Positions 40,980-53,040 are shown, counted from the stretch's first letter. The stretch is 64,000 nucleotides of DNA from Eledone cirrhosa (GCA_964016885.1 OZ024745.1:103106001-103170000), one strand, 5' to 3'. Translations and numbers: made by a program. The notes: a model not told the origin generated them from the sequence alone.

Positions 40980-40986
<7 letters not shown>
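40153..40986 (-). mobile_element. Fold-back insert H2: 510-bp unit present ~1.4 times plus a ~120-bp inverted arm, in (TA)n
   Basis: Direct repeat 40153-40357/40663-40866; loopless palindrome centred at 40865/40866 (arms 40747-40865/40866-40986). Confidence 0.85.
40409..40475 (-). ncRNA. Degenerate type-I hammerhead motif
   Basis: Minus strand: ACACACA CTGATGA aCCGG...CTGGc GAAA CATC TC GTGTGT. Core boxes are intact; stems I and III are imperfect. Confidence 0.55.
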
Positions 40987-41018
<32 letters not shown>

Positions 41019-41020
<2 letters not shown>

Positions 41021-41244
41021 CGAAGGAAATGTGGTAAGGAACCAGGTGGACCATAACGCACCAAAGTACTCAATACTTAGGGTAGTAGAGTGGGTAATAG
41101 GAACGAGTAGGACCCCGACGGCTGAGCTCAAGCCGTTTCGACGGCTAATTCTGGACTAAAATCTTAGTCCAGAATTATATAAAATTTTAGTCCAGAATTA
41201 GCCGTCGAAACGGCTTGAGCTCAGCCATCGGGGTCCTACTCGTT
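41019..41244 (-). mobile_element. Fold-back insert, family H3
   Basis: Arms 41102-41162/41184-41244; contains hammerhead 3' half GAAA CGGCT tgagctc AGCCG TC|GGGGTCC; (TA)n flanks. Confidence 0.85.
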
Positions 41245-41469
41245 ACTATATATATATATATAACTATATACACACACAAATACTCTGCTATTGCTGCAAA
41301 TTCCACCACCCTTAACACTAATTGATTTGATAGGTCAACAACCCAGTGATAACAACAATTCTATAGCCAGAGTCTGACAATTACCAGTCACTCATAAATC
41401 CCATTTGTATAGATATATACTTAGAATAAATGAACCCTTCAATAGTATGGGCATTTGTGTGAATGTGAA

Positions 41470-41620
41470 CCTAGACTTTTATCTGGAACTAGCTCTTGAA
41501 ACAGCAAGAGTTCAGCTGTCAAGGTCCCAACTCTTTTATATAACCATACTCTACGACACCAAGTATCTAGTACTCTGGTGAATAATAGTCTAACCAGTTT
41601 CTTACTGTATCCATGTTGAT
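41470..41620 (+). mobile_element. Diverged family H3 copy
   Basis: GAAA CAGC aagagttca GCTG TC aaggtcc followed by the family 3' segment. Confidence 0.6.
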
Positions 41621-41645
41621 GTGTGTGTGTATATATATATATATA

Positions 41646-42002
41646 CACTGTAGAAGTTTGGTAGAAAAATCCACTTAGTTCTTAGGATGAGTTTAGTACA
41701 ATAATTACAAGTGTCATAAACAGGTACTTAAGTTTGGTTAGGATCTGGACCCCACATCATTCAGCCTGTCATAAGAGAAATAAAAATAAAGATGGCCGCC
41801 AGAGATTGATTATGATTTACTCTCAGAAATATAACTTTCTAAATTACCTGCCTTTGTTTAAACTCTTATGATATATTTCTGAGAGAAAATCACAATCAAC
41901 CTCCGGTGGCCATCTTTATTTTTATTTTTCTTATGACAGACTGAATGAGTTGGTGTCCAGAACAAATGGTTAAGTACCTGTTTATGTTACTGTTGTAATT
42001 AT
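41646..42002. mobile_element. Older fold-back insert in (TA)n, ~130-bp diverged arms
   Basis: Arms ~41701-41833/41871-42002; no ribozyme core recognised. Confidence 0.7.
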
Positions 42003-42007
42003 AAATT

Positions 42008-42038
<31 letters not shown>

Positions 42039-42259
42039 TGCCATTTTGGGGACAATAGGAGTTTGTATAGAGACCTTTTTGGAAAATTCTTTCAGAAGGG
42101 TTGATACATAGCCTTTTGTTTTGCTTATTATGATAAACTACTCTATTTTGAGCTGTGTTTAACCTTTCCAACTATGGTTTTAACTTTTTATATTGCTTTT
42201 GTGAAAAACGATATATATTTCATATATATAAATAAGAAAGAGAATTAGGATGATTTATA

Positions 42260-42545
42260 TCATCATCATCATCATCATTTAACGTCCATCTTCCATGCTA
42301 GCATGGGTTGGACGGGTTTGTACCACTTGACGCAAGATTGCTTGGGAGACTGTGTCTCGCTCATACAGAACTCTTTCTGGCAGGTTTTCTATGGCTGGAT
42401 GCCCTTCCTAACACCATCCACATTTACAATGTGGACTGGGAGCATTTTTACTGTGTTTCCTACATGACTACTTTACAGTGTGGACTAGATGCTTTTTTGT
42501 CGTGTCTCCTACACGACCACTTTACAGGGTGGACTAGGTGCTTTT
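42260..42545 (-). mobile_element. RTE-type 3' UTR fragment
   Basis: (CAT)n then AACGTCCATCTTCCATGCTAGCATGGG...GGATGCCCTTCCTAACACC. Confidence 0.8.
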
Positions 42546-43076
42546 TATATGTATGTAGAAACGTGTGTGAATGTTGCCTTGTTTTCCTTATATCCATACA
42601 ACACAATATATGTCTGTATGTGTTTCTTTGGTTACCTTATATACTAAACAACATCTGTATGTATGTTCCTTTGTTTACCTTATATCCATACAACACAATA
42701 TATGACTATATGTATGTTTCGTTTCTTTGTTTACCTTATATACTACACAATGTATGTGTCTATATGTAAATATTCCCTTCTTTACCTTATATCTATACTA
42801 CACAATAATCATCAGATATCAATGTCAAGTTTTATTGTATTTTCTTCAAGTAATTTAAGTATTTCTCAAATATCTTTTAATTTCTTTGTTGAAACTATTC
42901 CTCACTTCTTCTATATCTTAACATTTTTATCTTTTTATTTCTTCAGTTTTGTCATGTTATAATCTTTCATTTTATTAAAGATTTCATTTTTATAAATGAT
43001 GATTTTGTTTCGTGACAAAAAAAAAATTATCTGATTTTGTTGAATTTTTTCTCACCACCACCTTCTTCTTCTTCTT

Positions 43077-43322
43077 CATCATCATCATCATCATCATCAT
43101 CGTTTAACGTCCGTGTTCCATGCTTGCATGGGTTTGGACGGGAGTTTTCCCACTTGAGGCAAGAGTGGTTGTCTTGCTCGCATAGGACTGTCTGGCGGGT
43201 TTTCTACAGTTGGATGCCCTTCCTAACACCAACCACATTTACAGTGTGGGGCTGGGAGGTTTTTACCGTGTTGCCTACACGGCCACATTACAGCGTGGAC
43301 TGTCTGGCAGGTTTTCTACAGC
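43077..43322 (-). mobile_element. RTE subfamily A 3' UTR fragment
   Basis: Near-identical to 17583-17800. Confidence 0.9.
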
Positions 43323-43344
43323 TGCTTCTTCACATATTTTATGT

Positions 43345-43620
43345 CACAAAGAGATTTAGCTGGAGTCTTGGGCATTACAGAATTTCTTGAGGAGGAAATG
43401 GTAGAAGTGATTTCCAGCCATGAGAGACTTTCAGCTAAGTGGTACAAGATTATAGAACAATCATAAGATTGGAGCATTGATGGTCTGAGGAGGGAGCCTC
43501 GCGAGGTTGGGTGTCTCTTGCAGTGGCTGTCACTGGCCATTGTCTGTGGGAATGCTTTTGCTGTCTTGTCCACGGGGTGCAGCACTTATACCCTCTTGCC
43601 CGAGACCCAAAGCCCAATCA
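43345..43620 (+). mobile_element. Decayed CRE-like RLE element 3' remnant
   Basis: RREPREVGCLLQWLSLAIVCGNAFAVLSTG resembles the motif at 34440. Confidence 0.55.
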
Positions 43621-43805
43621 CCCTTCACCTCTCCCCCCTCTCCTGCGACACCAGAGCTTTTGCCGTCCCCTCCCTTTCCCTTTTTTCTTCTTTCTTTCTC
43701 TTTTTTCTCTATATTTCCCTATTCTTTATTTCCTTTTGTTTCCCCTTTTTTTTTATCATTGCTGTCATTATAGTTGTCATTATAGTTGTCATTATTATTA
43801 TCATT

Positions 43806-44200
43806 AGGGCGGTGGATTGGCAGTACCAGTAGAGGGTCGGACGCCATGCTTTGACGCATAGAGTTACGCCCCTTTCCATTCTGAGTTCAAATCCTGCCGA
43901 GGTTAACTTTGCCTTTCATCCTTACGGGGTCGATAAAATAAAGTACCAGTAATGCACTGGGATAATTGCTGGCCTTGTGCCAAAAGTAAAAACAATTATT
44001 ATTATCATTAGGTGGATTGGCAGTATCGGTAGAGGGTTGGACGCCATGCTTTCTAGCATAGTTATGTCCCTTTATGGTCTGAGTTTAAATCGCATCGAGG
44101 TTAACTTTGCCTTTCATCCTTACGGGTTGATAAAATAAAGTACCAGTAATATACTGGGTAATTGCTGGCCTTGCGCCAAAAGTAGAAAATAATTATTATC
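43806..44200 (+). mobile_element. Tandem dimer of family A SINEs
   Basis: Two full copies separated by an ATT tail. Confidence 0.9.
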
Positions 44201-44758
44201 ATTATTATTATTATTATTGTAAATAATGCTTTCTTTATTAACCACAAGGGTTTACATAAAGTAGACATTAAGGAATATCATGTTTATACAGTTTTTGTCA
44301 TAAATAGATCATTGATTAACATTTAACTTCCTGTAAGAATTTGGCCAGAAAAATCTGAAAATGGATTTCTTAATTCAAATACTTACTAGTGAACAGATTG
44401 TTGTGGAAAGTTAAACCTTTCTAGTACATCCCCCGGTCCACCACCATTTTGTTGACTTTTGTGAGGGGGTGGGGGTAGGAATTGGTGGAGTATAAACTAC
44501 CTCCCCTCCATTAGTCTATTGCACTCACACCTTCAAATTTATCTGAGCTCCCACCTCCTCAGCCAACCATGGCAACATGGAAGGTCACGTGCACTCTACA
44601 ATATTACCAGAAACCATCCCCACCCTCCTTAAAGCCACTCTTTCTTCCCTCTCTTCACAACCATCATGTAGCCTGCCCTCCTTCTTGCACACCCCACTCC
44701 CCATCACTCTCCTTCCATCCTGGTTGAAGACACTAACACCCTAGCATTGGAATATAGA

Positions 44759-45103
44759 AGTGCTAGTGTACCAATAAAATGCACTCAGCCCACACTATAA
44801 AGTGGCAGTGCTAGTGTACCAATAAAATGCACTCAGCCGACACTATAAAGTGGTAGTGCTGGTGTCACAATAAAATGCACTCAGCCCACACTATAAAGTG
44901 GTAGTGCTAGTGTACCAATAAAATACACTCAGCCCACACTATAAAGTGGTAGTGCTGGTGTCACAATAAAATGCACTCAGCCCACACTATAAAGTGGTAG
45001 TGCTAGTGTACCAATAAAATGCACTCAACCCACACTATAAAGTGGTAGCGCTGGTATCACAATAAAATGCACTCAGCCCACACTATAAAGTGGTAGCACT
45101 AGT
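44759..45103. repeat. 48-bp minisatellite (7+ units) derived from the RTE/SINE tail unit; resumes at 45444
   Basis: Units start at 44761, 44809, 44857, 44905, 44953, 45001 and 45049. Confidence 0.95.
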
Positions 45104-45443
45104 CATCATCATCATCATTTCATTTTACGTCCGCTTTTTCCCTGCTTGCAAGGGTGGGACGGGAACTGATTTTGGCTTGGTTTCTACAGCTGGATGTCCT
45201 TCCTAACACCAACCTCATTTACAGTGAGTGCTGGGTGCTTTTTTGCTGTGGCACCTCCACGACCACTTTGCAGTGGAATGATAGGGACCCCAGTCCCTAT
45301 CATCTCATTTCTACAGCTGAGTAAACTAGAGCAATGTGAAATAAAGTGTCTTGCTCAAGGAAACAACACATCACCCGGTCTGAGAATTGAACTCACAACC
45401 CTTCGATTACAAGACCAATGCTCTAACCACTAAGCCATGTGCC
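45104..45443 (-). mobile_element. Family B CORE SINE inserted in the minisatellite
   Basis: Full copy; CTAGT is present on both sides. Confidence 0.92.
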
Positions 45444-45719
45444 TGCTAGTGTACCAATAAAATGTACTCAGCCCACACTATAAAGTGGTAGTGCTGGTGC
45501 CATGATAAAAAAAGCACCCATTCTACGCTATTAGGTGGTAGTGGTGGTGTCATAGTAAAAAGACATTTGATACACACTGGGAAGTGGTTGGCATTAGGAA
45601 GAGTATCCATGCATAGAAACCATGTCAAAATGGAACATATGAGAGAGAGAAACCTGTCCAACCCATGGAAGCATAGAAAATAGAGGTAAGATAGTGACAG
45701 TCGGTGGTGATAAACATAC

Positions 45720-46233
45720 ATGTAAGTGTGTCTGTGTGTGTGTCTGTGTGTGTGCCTGTGTGTGTGTGTGTGTTTGTGTATGTCTGTGTGTGTGTCTGTG
45801 TCTGTATGTGTGTTTGTGTCTGTGTGTGTCTGTATGCGTGTGTGTGTGTTTGTGTCTGTGTGTGTCTGTGTCTGTGTGTGTGTGTGTTTGTGTCTGTGTA
45901 TATGTGTGTGTGTATGTGTGTGTGTCTGTTTGTGTCTGTGTGTGTGTGTCTGTCTGTGTGTGAGTCTGTGTGTGCCTGTGTGTCTGTGTAGGCGTGTGTA
46001 TGTGTGTCTGTGTGTGTGTCTGTGTGTGTGTCTGTATGTGTATCTGTGTGTGTGTGTCTGTGTGTGTGCCTGTGTGTATGTGTGTGTGTGTGTCTGTGTG
46101 TGTGCCTGTGTGTCTGTGTAGGTGTGTGTATGTGTGTCTGTGTGTGTGTCTGTGTGTGTATGTGTATCTGTGTGTGTGTGTCTGTGTGTGTGCCTGTGTG
46201 TCTGTGTGTGTGTGTGTATGTGTATCTGTGTGT

Positions 46234-46265
<32 letters not shown>

Positions 46266-46450
46266 CTGTGTCTGTGTGTGTCTGTGTGTGTGTGCGTGTC
46301 TGTGTGTGTTCCTGTGTGTCTCTGTCTGTATGTGTGTGTATGTATGTCTGTGTGTATGTATGCCTGTGTCTGTGTCTGTGTGTGTCTGTGTGTGTGTGTG
46401 TGTCTGTGTGTGTGTGTATGTGTGTGTCTGTGTGTGTGTGTGTGTGTGTA
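45720..46450. repeat. (GT)n/(GTCT)n compound microsatellite
   Basis: Seen directly; explains the CV- and TH-rich ORFs. Confidence 0.97.
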
Positions 46451-46559
46451 TTGTTCATGTATTTATTTCTATTTTGGAAAACTAAATCTGTGGCAGCAAT
46501 ATTCAGAGGAGGAAAGAAAGAAAATGTTAAAAAAATATAAATACATAAAAATGGTAAAT

Positions 46560-46990
46560 GGTTTCTTATTTAGGCACAAGGCCAGCAATTTGGAGGGAGA
46601 GGGAAAAATTCGATAAAATTGACCTCACTTCATTACTGGTACTTTATTTTATCAACCCTGTAAGGATGAAAGGCAAAGCTAACCTCGGTGGGATTTGAAC
46701 TCAGAACGTAAATGGCCGTAACTCTATGTCGTGAGGCATTATGTCCAACACTCAACCAATTCTGCCAATTCACCACCATTAAAATTATAATAATAATAAG
46801 GGCGGTGGATTGGCAGTATCGGTAGAGTGTCGGACGCCATGCTTTTCAGCATAGTTACGTCCCTTTACAATCTGAGTTCAAATCCCGCCGAGGTTAACTT
46901 TACCTTTCATCCTTACGGGGTCGATAAAATAAAGTACCAGTAATGTACTGGGTAATTGCTGGCCTTGTGCCTAAAGTAGAAACAATTAAA
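46560..46990. mobile_element. Head-to-head pair of family A SINEs
   Basis: Minus copy 46560-46780 and plus copy 46799-46990. Confidence 0.88.
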
Positions 46991-47719
46991 ATTATAATAA
47001 TAATTCTATAGTTGAGTCAAGAGATCAGATCCATTAATATCCCTATTTTCTTGGTACTGAAACTTATTCCCAAAATTTTGACATACTTAATCTCAATTTA
47101 TTTTTATCTGGAAAATCTTTCATGTTATTTATCAATCCTCTTCTGTTATTGAAACTTTATAATTATTCAAATCTCTCTACTAGTTGTGTCAAATATTACA
47201 TTGAGTAGATGATTTTTTTTTAAATCTTTTTTTCTGGGTCAATAACTGTATTTGAAATTATATCTATACACACACATTAAAATTGTTTTTTTGTTTTAAT
47301 ATATTGTTTTTACTTTAAAAATGGTTTCTACCTCAAATTCTATGGCTTATTATTTTACTGATGTTAGTGCTCTTTTATATCTATTTGCATGAGCAGTTAA
47401 ATGATTAGTGACACTATTTATTAATAAAACTACAGTAGACAGTTTCACAGAGATATTCTACATAGTGTGGCTGATAATATATACTTTCTGCTCTCACACT
47501 CACCTACACATTTTAAAATAATCTTCACTCCATTCAAACAAATTTGTCATATTTTGTTTTCATTTCATTGTATTGTTGAATTTTTGCTTTTTACTTTAGT
47601 CTTTGAAAGATCCAAACACAAGCCAGCCACCCCCTTCTTCGAGAGATTACCTGCAATATAAAGTATCTTTAGATTGCACTGTGTATATAATCTGATGTAC
47701 TAACAATATATATATTCTG

Positions 47720-48045
47720 TGAAGGTGCGTGGCTTTGTGGTTAGGTTATTGGGTTCACAATCATAAGGTCTTGAATTCAATTCCCGGTGGTGCATTGTGT
47801 CCTTGAGCAAAGTACTTTATTTCCCGTTGCTCCAGTCCACTCAGCTGGCAAAAAATGAGTTGCACATGTAATTTGAAGGGCCAGCCTTGTCACATTCTGT
47901 GTCACGCTGAATCTCCCTGAGAACTATGTTAAGGGTATGCATGTCTGTGGAATGCTCAGCCACTTGCATGTTAATTGCATGAGCAGGCTGTTCTGTTGAA
48001 CGGACCAACTGGAACACTCATTGTCATAACCAACGAAGCGCCTTC
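47720..48045 (+). mobile_element. CORE-type tRNA SINE with a different, non-RTE body and tail
   Basis: GAAGGTGCGTGGCTTTGTGGTTAG head, CCTTGAGCAAAGTACTTT core, GGGCCAGCCTTGTCACATTCTG body. Confidence 0.8.
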
Positions 48046-48081
48046 CTATATATATTCGGTGTGCATTTAAAAACATACATA

Positions 48082-48388
48082 TCATCATTTCATTTTACGT
48101 CTGCTTTTTCCCTGCTTGCAAGGGTGGGATAGGAACTGATTCTGGCTTGATTTCTACAGCTGAATGCCCTTCCTAACACCAACCTCATTTACAGTGAGTG
48201 CTGGGTGCTTTTTAGCCGTGGCACCTCCACGTCCACTTTACATCTCATTTCTACAGCTGAGTAAACTGGAGCAATGTGAAATAAAGTGTCTTGCTCAAGG
48301 AAACAACACATCACCCAGTCTGAGAATTGAACTCACAACCTTTCGATTGCAAGGCCAATGCTCTAACCACTAAGCCATGTGCCTTCAT
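48082..48388 (-). mobile_element. Family B CORE SINE
   Basis: Matches 45104-45443 with a small internal deletion. Confidence 0.92.
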
Positions 48389-48601
48389 ACAATTTCGATA
48401 CAAATATTGTTTATTGGACCATGGGATCTCAGGTTTTATGTAAGCATATATTCATCAGTGAAGAAGAAGAAGCTATTAGTGGGTTGACAGAATTCTTAAC
48501 TTACCAAATTGTAGAAATGTCAGATTGAAAGACAAGTATAAAGTACTCTGCTTCTTGGTTACTTAGATACATTTCTAAATAATTCAACCACCCACCTGTT
48601 A

Positions 48602-48850
48602 GTGTGTCTGTATGATTGTGTGTCTGTATGTCAGTCAGTATGTCCAGCTGTCTGTCTGTCTGCCTGCCTGTCTGTCTGCATGCCTGCCTGTCTGTCTGTC
48701 TGCTTGCATTTCTGTCTGCCAGCTTGTCTATCTGCCTGCTTACCTGTCTACCTCTCTGTCTGCCTGTCTGCCTGCCTGTATGTCCATCTGTCCATCTGTC
48801 ATCTATATATATTTATCCATCCATCTGTCTATCTAGCTATCTATTTATTT
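48602..48850. repeat. (TCTG)n/(CCTG)n/(TCTA)n low-complexity tract
   Basis: Seen directly. Confidence 0.9.
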
Positions 48851-48854
48851 TATT

Positions 48855-51800
48855 CGGGTCAATGCGGCCGGACTTCTTCCATCGTCTGGAGACTTTTCTA
48901 GGGACGTCCCGCTCCTTGCTATTAGTGGGGGACTGGAATGGTATCCTAGATGCACGCTGGGACTACGTAGGGGCCTGCCCCGATAGAGAGGGGTGTAATA
49001 GCCTCAAAGGGTTTATCGGTCGATTTGACCTGGCCGATAGATATCGACTAGATTTTCCGACTGCGCCAACCTGGACTTGGGCAAATCGTAGCGGATCATC
49101 TAGGTCGTACCTAGATAGGTTCTTAGTTAGAATTAAGGATAAGGACTTTTTAAGTTGTCCAAAAATGCGCATGGTTGGCTATTCAGACCACAAATTAGTG
49201 ACCTGCATGGTCAACCTTGACAGAACTCATAGACAGGGCCCCGGTTACTGGAAGCTCAACTTGTCCTTGCCGGCAAGTAGAGCCTACAGGAATCGGATTA
49301 GTACGTTAGTTAAGGAACGGTTGACTGGAGCGATCGTCAACAGCAGGTGGTGGGTATCTCTAAAGAGAGAGATTAGATTAGTCTCGATAGAATTTAGTAA
49401 GGTTCTAGCTGCGGATAGGAATAGGAAGGAAAGGGAGCTAATAGATAGAGTAGAAGAAGCAATTAGAAGCGGCGACGTGGCCAGAGTGCTAGCGTCGAGA
49501 ACGGCTTTGAGCCAGTTTTTCGACGCGAAGCACGAAGGCTGCGTTGTCCGAAGTAAAATACGTGCTCTAGGGAACGAGGGGACCAAAGCTGTTAGCTGGG
49601 CCCGCGTGACAGAGGCCAACAGTGGAACTAAATCCACCATCCGGTCTTTGCGAGACCTGGATGGACGGGCGATTCTTGAGCCTAAGCAGATGTGTGAGGC
49701 CTTTCAAAGGCACTTTGCCTGACTGTTCGGGAGGGGCGGGGAGCCGGTTGGGAACGTGGACTTCGGTCCATACCTCGACGGCCTGCCGCGCCTCTCGGAC
49801 AGGGAGGCGAAGTCCTGCGAGGAGCCGATTTCGGCCGCTGAGATAGAGGACGTGCTGAGCCAATGCGGCAAACGCAAATCCCCGGGTCTCGATGGTCTTC
49901 CTTACGAATTATATCTAGCTATGCCGGACTTGTTCCCCGATCTCCTCGAGGCGGTCTACTGCAACTGGCAACAGAACGGGAGAATTCCCTGTACTGTGAC
50001 CAAGGGCGTAGTCACGCTAGTGAGGAAGGACGAGAACAAGGGGGACGAAATAAGTAACTTCAGGCCCATAACACTGCTAAATACAGAGTTACAGATTTTG
50101 GCCAAGGTGCTAGCAAAGAGGTTGGCGCTTGTCGTGGGCAACCTGGTGGGAGATGCGCAGACATGCGCTATCCCGTCCAGGTCCATCCATGACAACCTCC
50201 ACCTCATGCGATACATCATAGAGAGGGTTGGGAACGAACCCGGCTTTGGTGGGGCTCTGATCAACTTGGATCAATCTAAGGCGTTCGATAGGGTCGACCA
50301 TGGTTACCTGGATGCGGTGCTAGCGGCGGCAGGCTTCGGACCCGTTTTCAGGGGCTGGATCACTGCTATGCACAGCAGCCGCATCTGCTCTAGGGTCAAG
50401 GTGAACGGCTACCTCTCGGAGCCGTTCAAAATCGCGCGGTCCATCCGACAAGGGTGCCCTCTCTCCTCCCTTCTGTATGTGTTGACTCTCGAGCCACTAC
50501 TGCGGAAGTTGGAGTTGTTGCAGGGCATCCCTTTGGAACCGGGATTGCGGAAAGCGGTGTCGGCCTACGCCGATGACGTGACAGTAATGGTGTCGACGGC
50601 CTCCGAAATCGAGGCGGTCGGCACCTTACTGGAGGAGTACGAAAAGTTCACAGGGGCTAAGCTGAACCGGGACAAGTCGATCGGTTTGCAACTCGGCACG
50701 TGGAGGGGCAGACCGATGCCCACCGATGGCGTCGTCGGACGCTGGACGGAGGGCCCGGTGAAGTTGCTCGGGGTCTGGTTCGGACCGGACCTCCAGGTGG
50801 AGAAAAACTGGGCGGAGGTTACGAACAGGGTGTTTGCACTGACCCAGAAGTGGGCCAGTTGCAAACTATCCCTGAAAGGTCGGGCGGAGGTGGCGAACAC
50901 CTACATAGCGTCCGTCATCTACTACCGCCTGACCGTAGTGCCCTGCCCAAGGGAAACCCTCACCAAGATGGAGCGCGCGCTCTTCCAATTCCTTTGGAAG
51001 AGGCGGGCTCCTATGGTGAGGAGATCCATCTGCTGTCAACACCCTTCGAAAGGAGGGCTGGGGATGCCGTGGCTAATGATGCGTAAAAACGCATTAAGGC
51101 TACGGCACCTCTACGTATTCCTCACCGGACAACCGGTGTGGGCCTCGTTTGTGAGACGAACCTTTCCCAGACTCGTCTCACTCACCGAGCTGCAATCCTG
51201 GGTCAAGCAAAGACCGAGAAAACTGGGCGCCTGGCACACTGAGTGTGCCCAGGCGCTCACCGCCCTCTGGCAGGCGGATCCGGTTATCAGTGGAGACTCC
51301 ACCGCAACATTCTATAGAGGGCTGGTACGCAGCAGGTGCGACAACGCCCTCGGAGAAGCCCTAGACATGGAGGAGGACGAACTGGCCAGCCTGTTCGGTA
51401 GGACATTCAGCCCGGGACCTATGGACAACTTCTAGAAGTCCCTGGCCTGGCAGTGCTACCGAGGGGCTTTACCCGTTCGAGAAAGGCTCTACAGACACGG
51501 GCGCCCGGGTAGGGACCCCGCCAAAAAGATCTGTCCCAGATGCGTGTGCGACGAGGAAACCGTTGCACACGCATTGGTACACTGCTCGGGCGTAGCCGAT
51601 CTGTGGGGCTATGTCGAACAACTGCTGTCAAGGGTGGGACCGATCCGGTTGACCACCGAGTCTATTGTAATGATCAAGCCGCCTCCCCCCTTCAAAGATG
51701 AAGCAGAGGCGGTGTTTCTGTGCGTAATAGCCATGGCGAAAGAGGTTGTATGGTGGACGCGTCTGAAAGGACTGAGGTCAGGCACCTTTCTCTCTGGCCA

Positions 51801-52212
51801 ACAACTGGTCCGTTTCTTCCGATATCATTTCGGAAGAAGGATCAGGATGGAGAGAGAGGTGCTGCACCCCAGCCGTTTCTATGAAAGATGGGTGAAAGTG
51901 GCGAGAATGGCCCGTGTGAATGGGCCTTCACTCTACATCAGACTATAGGTGAGGAAGATGAAAGACCAAGGGAGCACCCCTTCTCTGTGCTCCTGAGGAG
52001 AAGGGTTGCACACTTTTTTCGGGGGTGTGTGCGACCCCCCAAGGCGCCTCCTCTCTATTGAGGATTTTGTTAAAAATTTTATTTTTTGTTATATCTTATT
52101 TTATTTTTATATTTTGTTATTGCCTCCTCCTTATTGAGGACGCCTTTTTGTGTAAACTCCCCCCTTTGTACTTGTCCCACTTTTGATGCCCTAGTGGCAA
52201 ATAAAAGAAACA
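48855..52212 (+). mobile_element. 5'-truncated L1/Tx1-clade LINE with 17-bp TSD
   Basis: TSD TATCTATTTATTTTATT at 48838-48854 and 52213-52229; GC- and CpG-rich relative to flanks. Confidence 0.93.
48856..51948 (+). pseudogene. Tx1-type ORF2 (partial APE endonuclease, RT, C-terminal CCHC), two in-frame stops
   Basis: GDWN, YLDRFL, SDHKLV, GPGYWKLN, KSPGLDGL, NFRPITLLN, LDQSKAFDRV, RQGCPLS, YADDV, CPRC..EETVAHALVHC, all in one frame. Stops are TGA 49720 and TAG 51433. Confidence 0.94.
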
Positions 52213-52863
52213 TATCTATTTATTTTATTTGATGTTTGCCCATGTCTTTTCTCTCTCTTCAATATTTTTTTAATCATTTTCTTCCAGTCTTCTCTTTTCT
52301 TCTCCCACCAAATCAATCTTCTCTTCTTTCTGTATATATTTTTTTTTTTTTTGTTGAAGAAAGATCTAGTATTCTGAAACATGTTAAGACTCTTTGTTAC
52401 TACTTTTAAGCATTAAACTAATACCATTATTGTAATGCATTGTCCTCTGGTGGTGTTTTATTCATTATTTTACTTTTATCTATCTATCTACTTATCTATC
52501 TATTTATCTATTTATCCATCTATCTATCTATCTATTTATCTCTATCTCTCTCTCTTTTTATCTATCTGTCTGTCTGTATGCATGTATGTCTGTCTATCTA
52601 TCTAATTATTTATTTATCAATAGATACTATATGTCTACAATAACTCCTGAGCTGGAGCTTAGCTTGACTAACTCAAATGTCAAGTCTATGTTTCAACCCA
52701 ACAAGAAATATCTCTCTCAGCAGAGAACGACTTATAACATTTAATGGGATGCAAAGGTGTGACTCAAGCTGACAAATTCCTTATTGCAATATTAAGTATA
52801 AGATAATCCTGAATTGCTTTAATTCACTATTCTTCAAGGAAATATACCTTTAATTCAACTTTA

Positions 52864-53040
52864 TAATTGTTTCTACATTTGGCACAAGGCCAGCAATTAT
52901 CCCAGTGCATTACGGGTACTTTATTTTATCGGCCCTGTAAGGATGAAAGGCAAAGTTAACCTTGGCGGGATTTGAACTCAGTTCGTAAAGGGACGTAACT
53001 CTATGCTGGAAAGCACGGCGTCTGACACTCTACCAATAAT
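52864..53040 (-). mobile_element. SINE family A
   Basis: Reverse complement of the family A consensus. Confidence 0.9.

Noticed and set aside
12952-45103. 37-bp and 48-bp arrays as CRISPR-like loci
   Set aside because: Contiguous tandem units with no unique spacers, no cas genes and a eukaryotic context.
48616-48854. N-terminus of the 368-aa ORF
   Set aside because: It lies outside the TSD in a (TCTG)n tract; chance in-frame fusion.
19219-49722. In-frame TGA codons in the RTE and Tx1 ORFs as selenocysteine or programmed read-through
   Set aside because: Both fit CGA-to-TGA decay at probable Arg positions, and each ORF also has a TAA or TAG stop.
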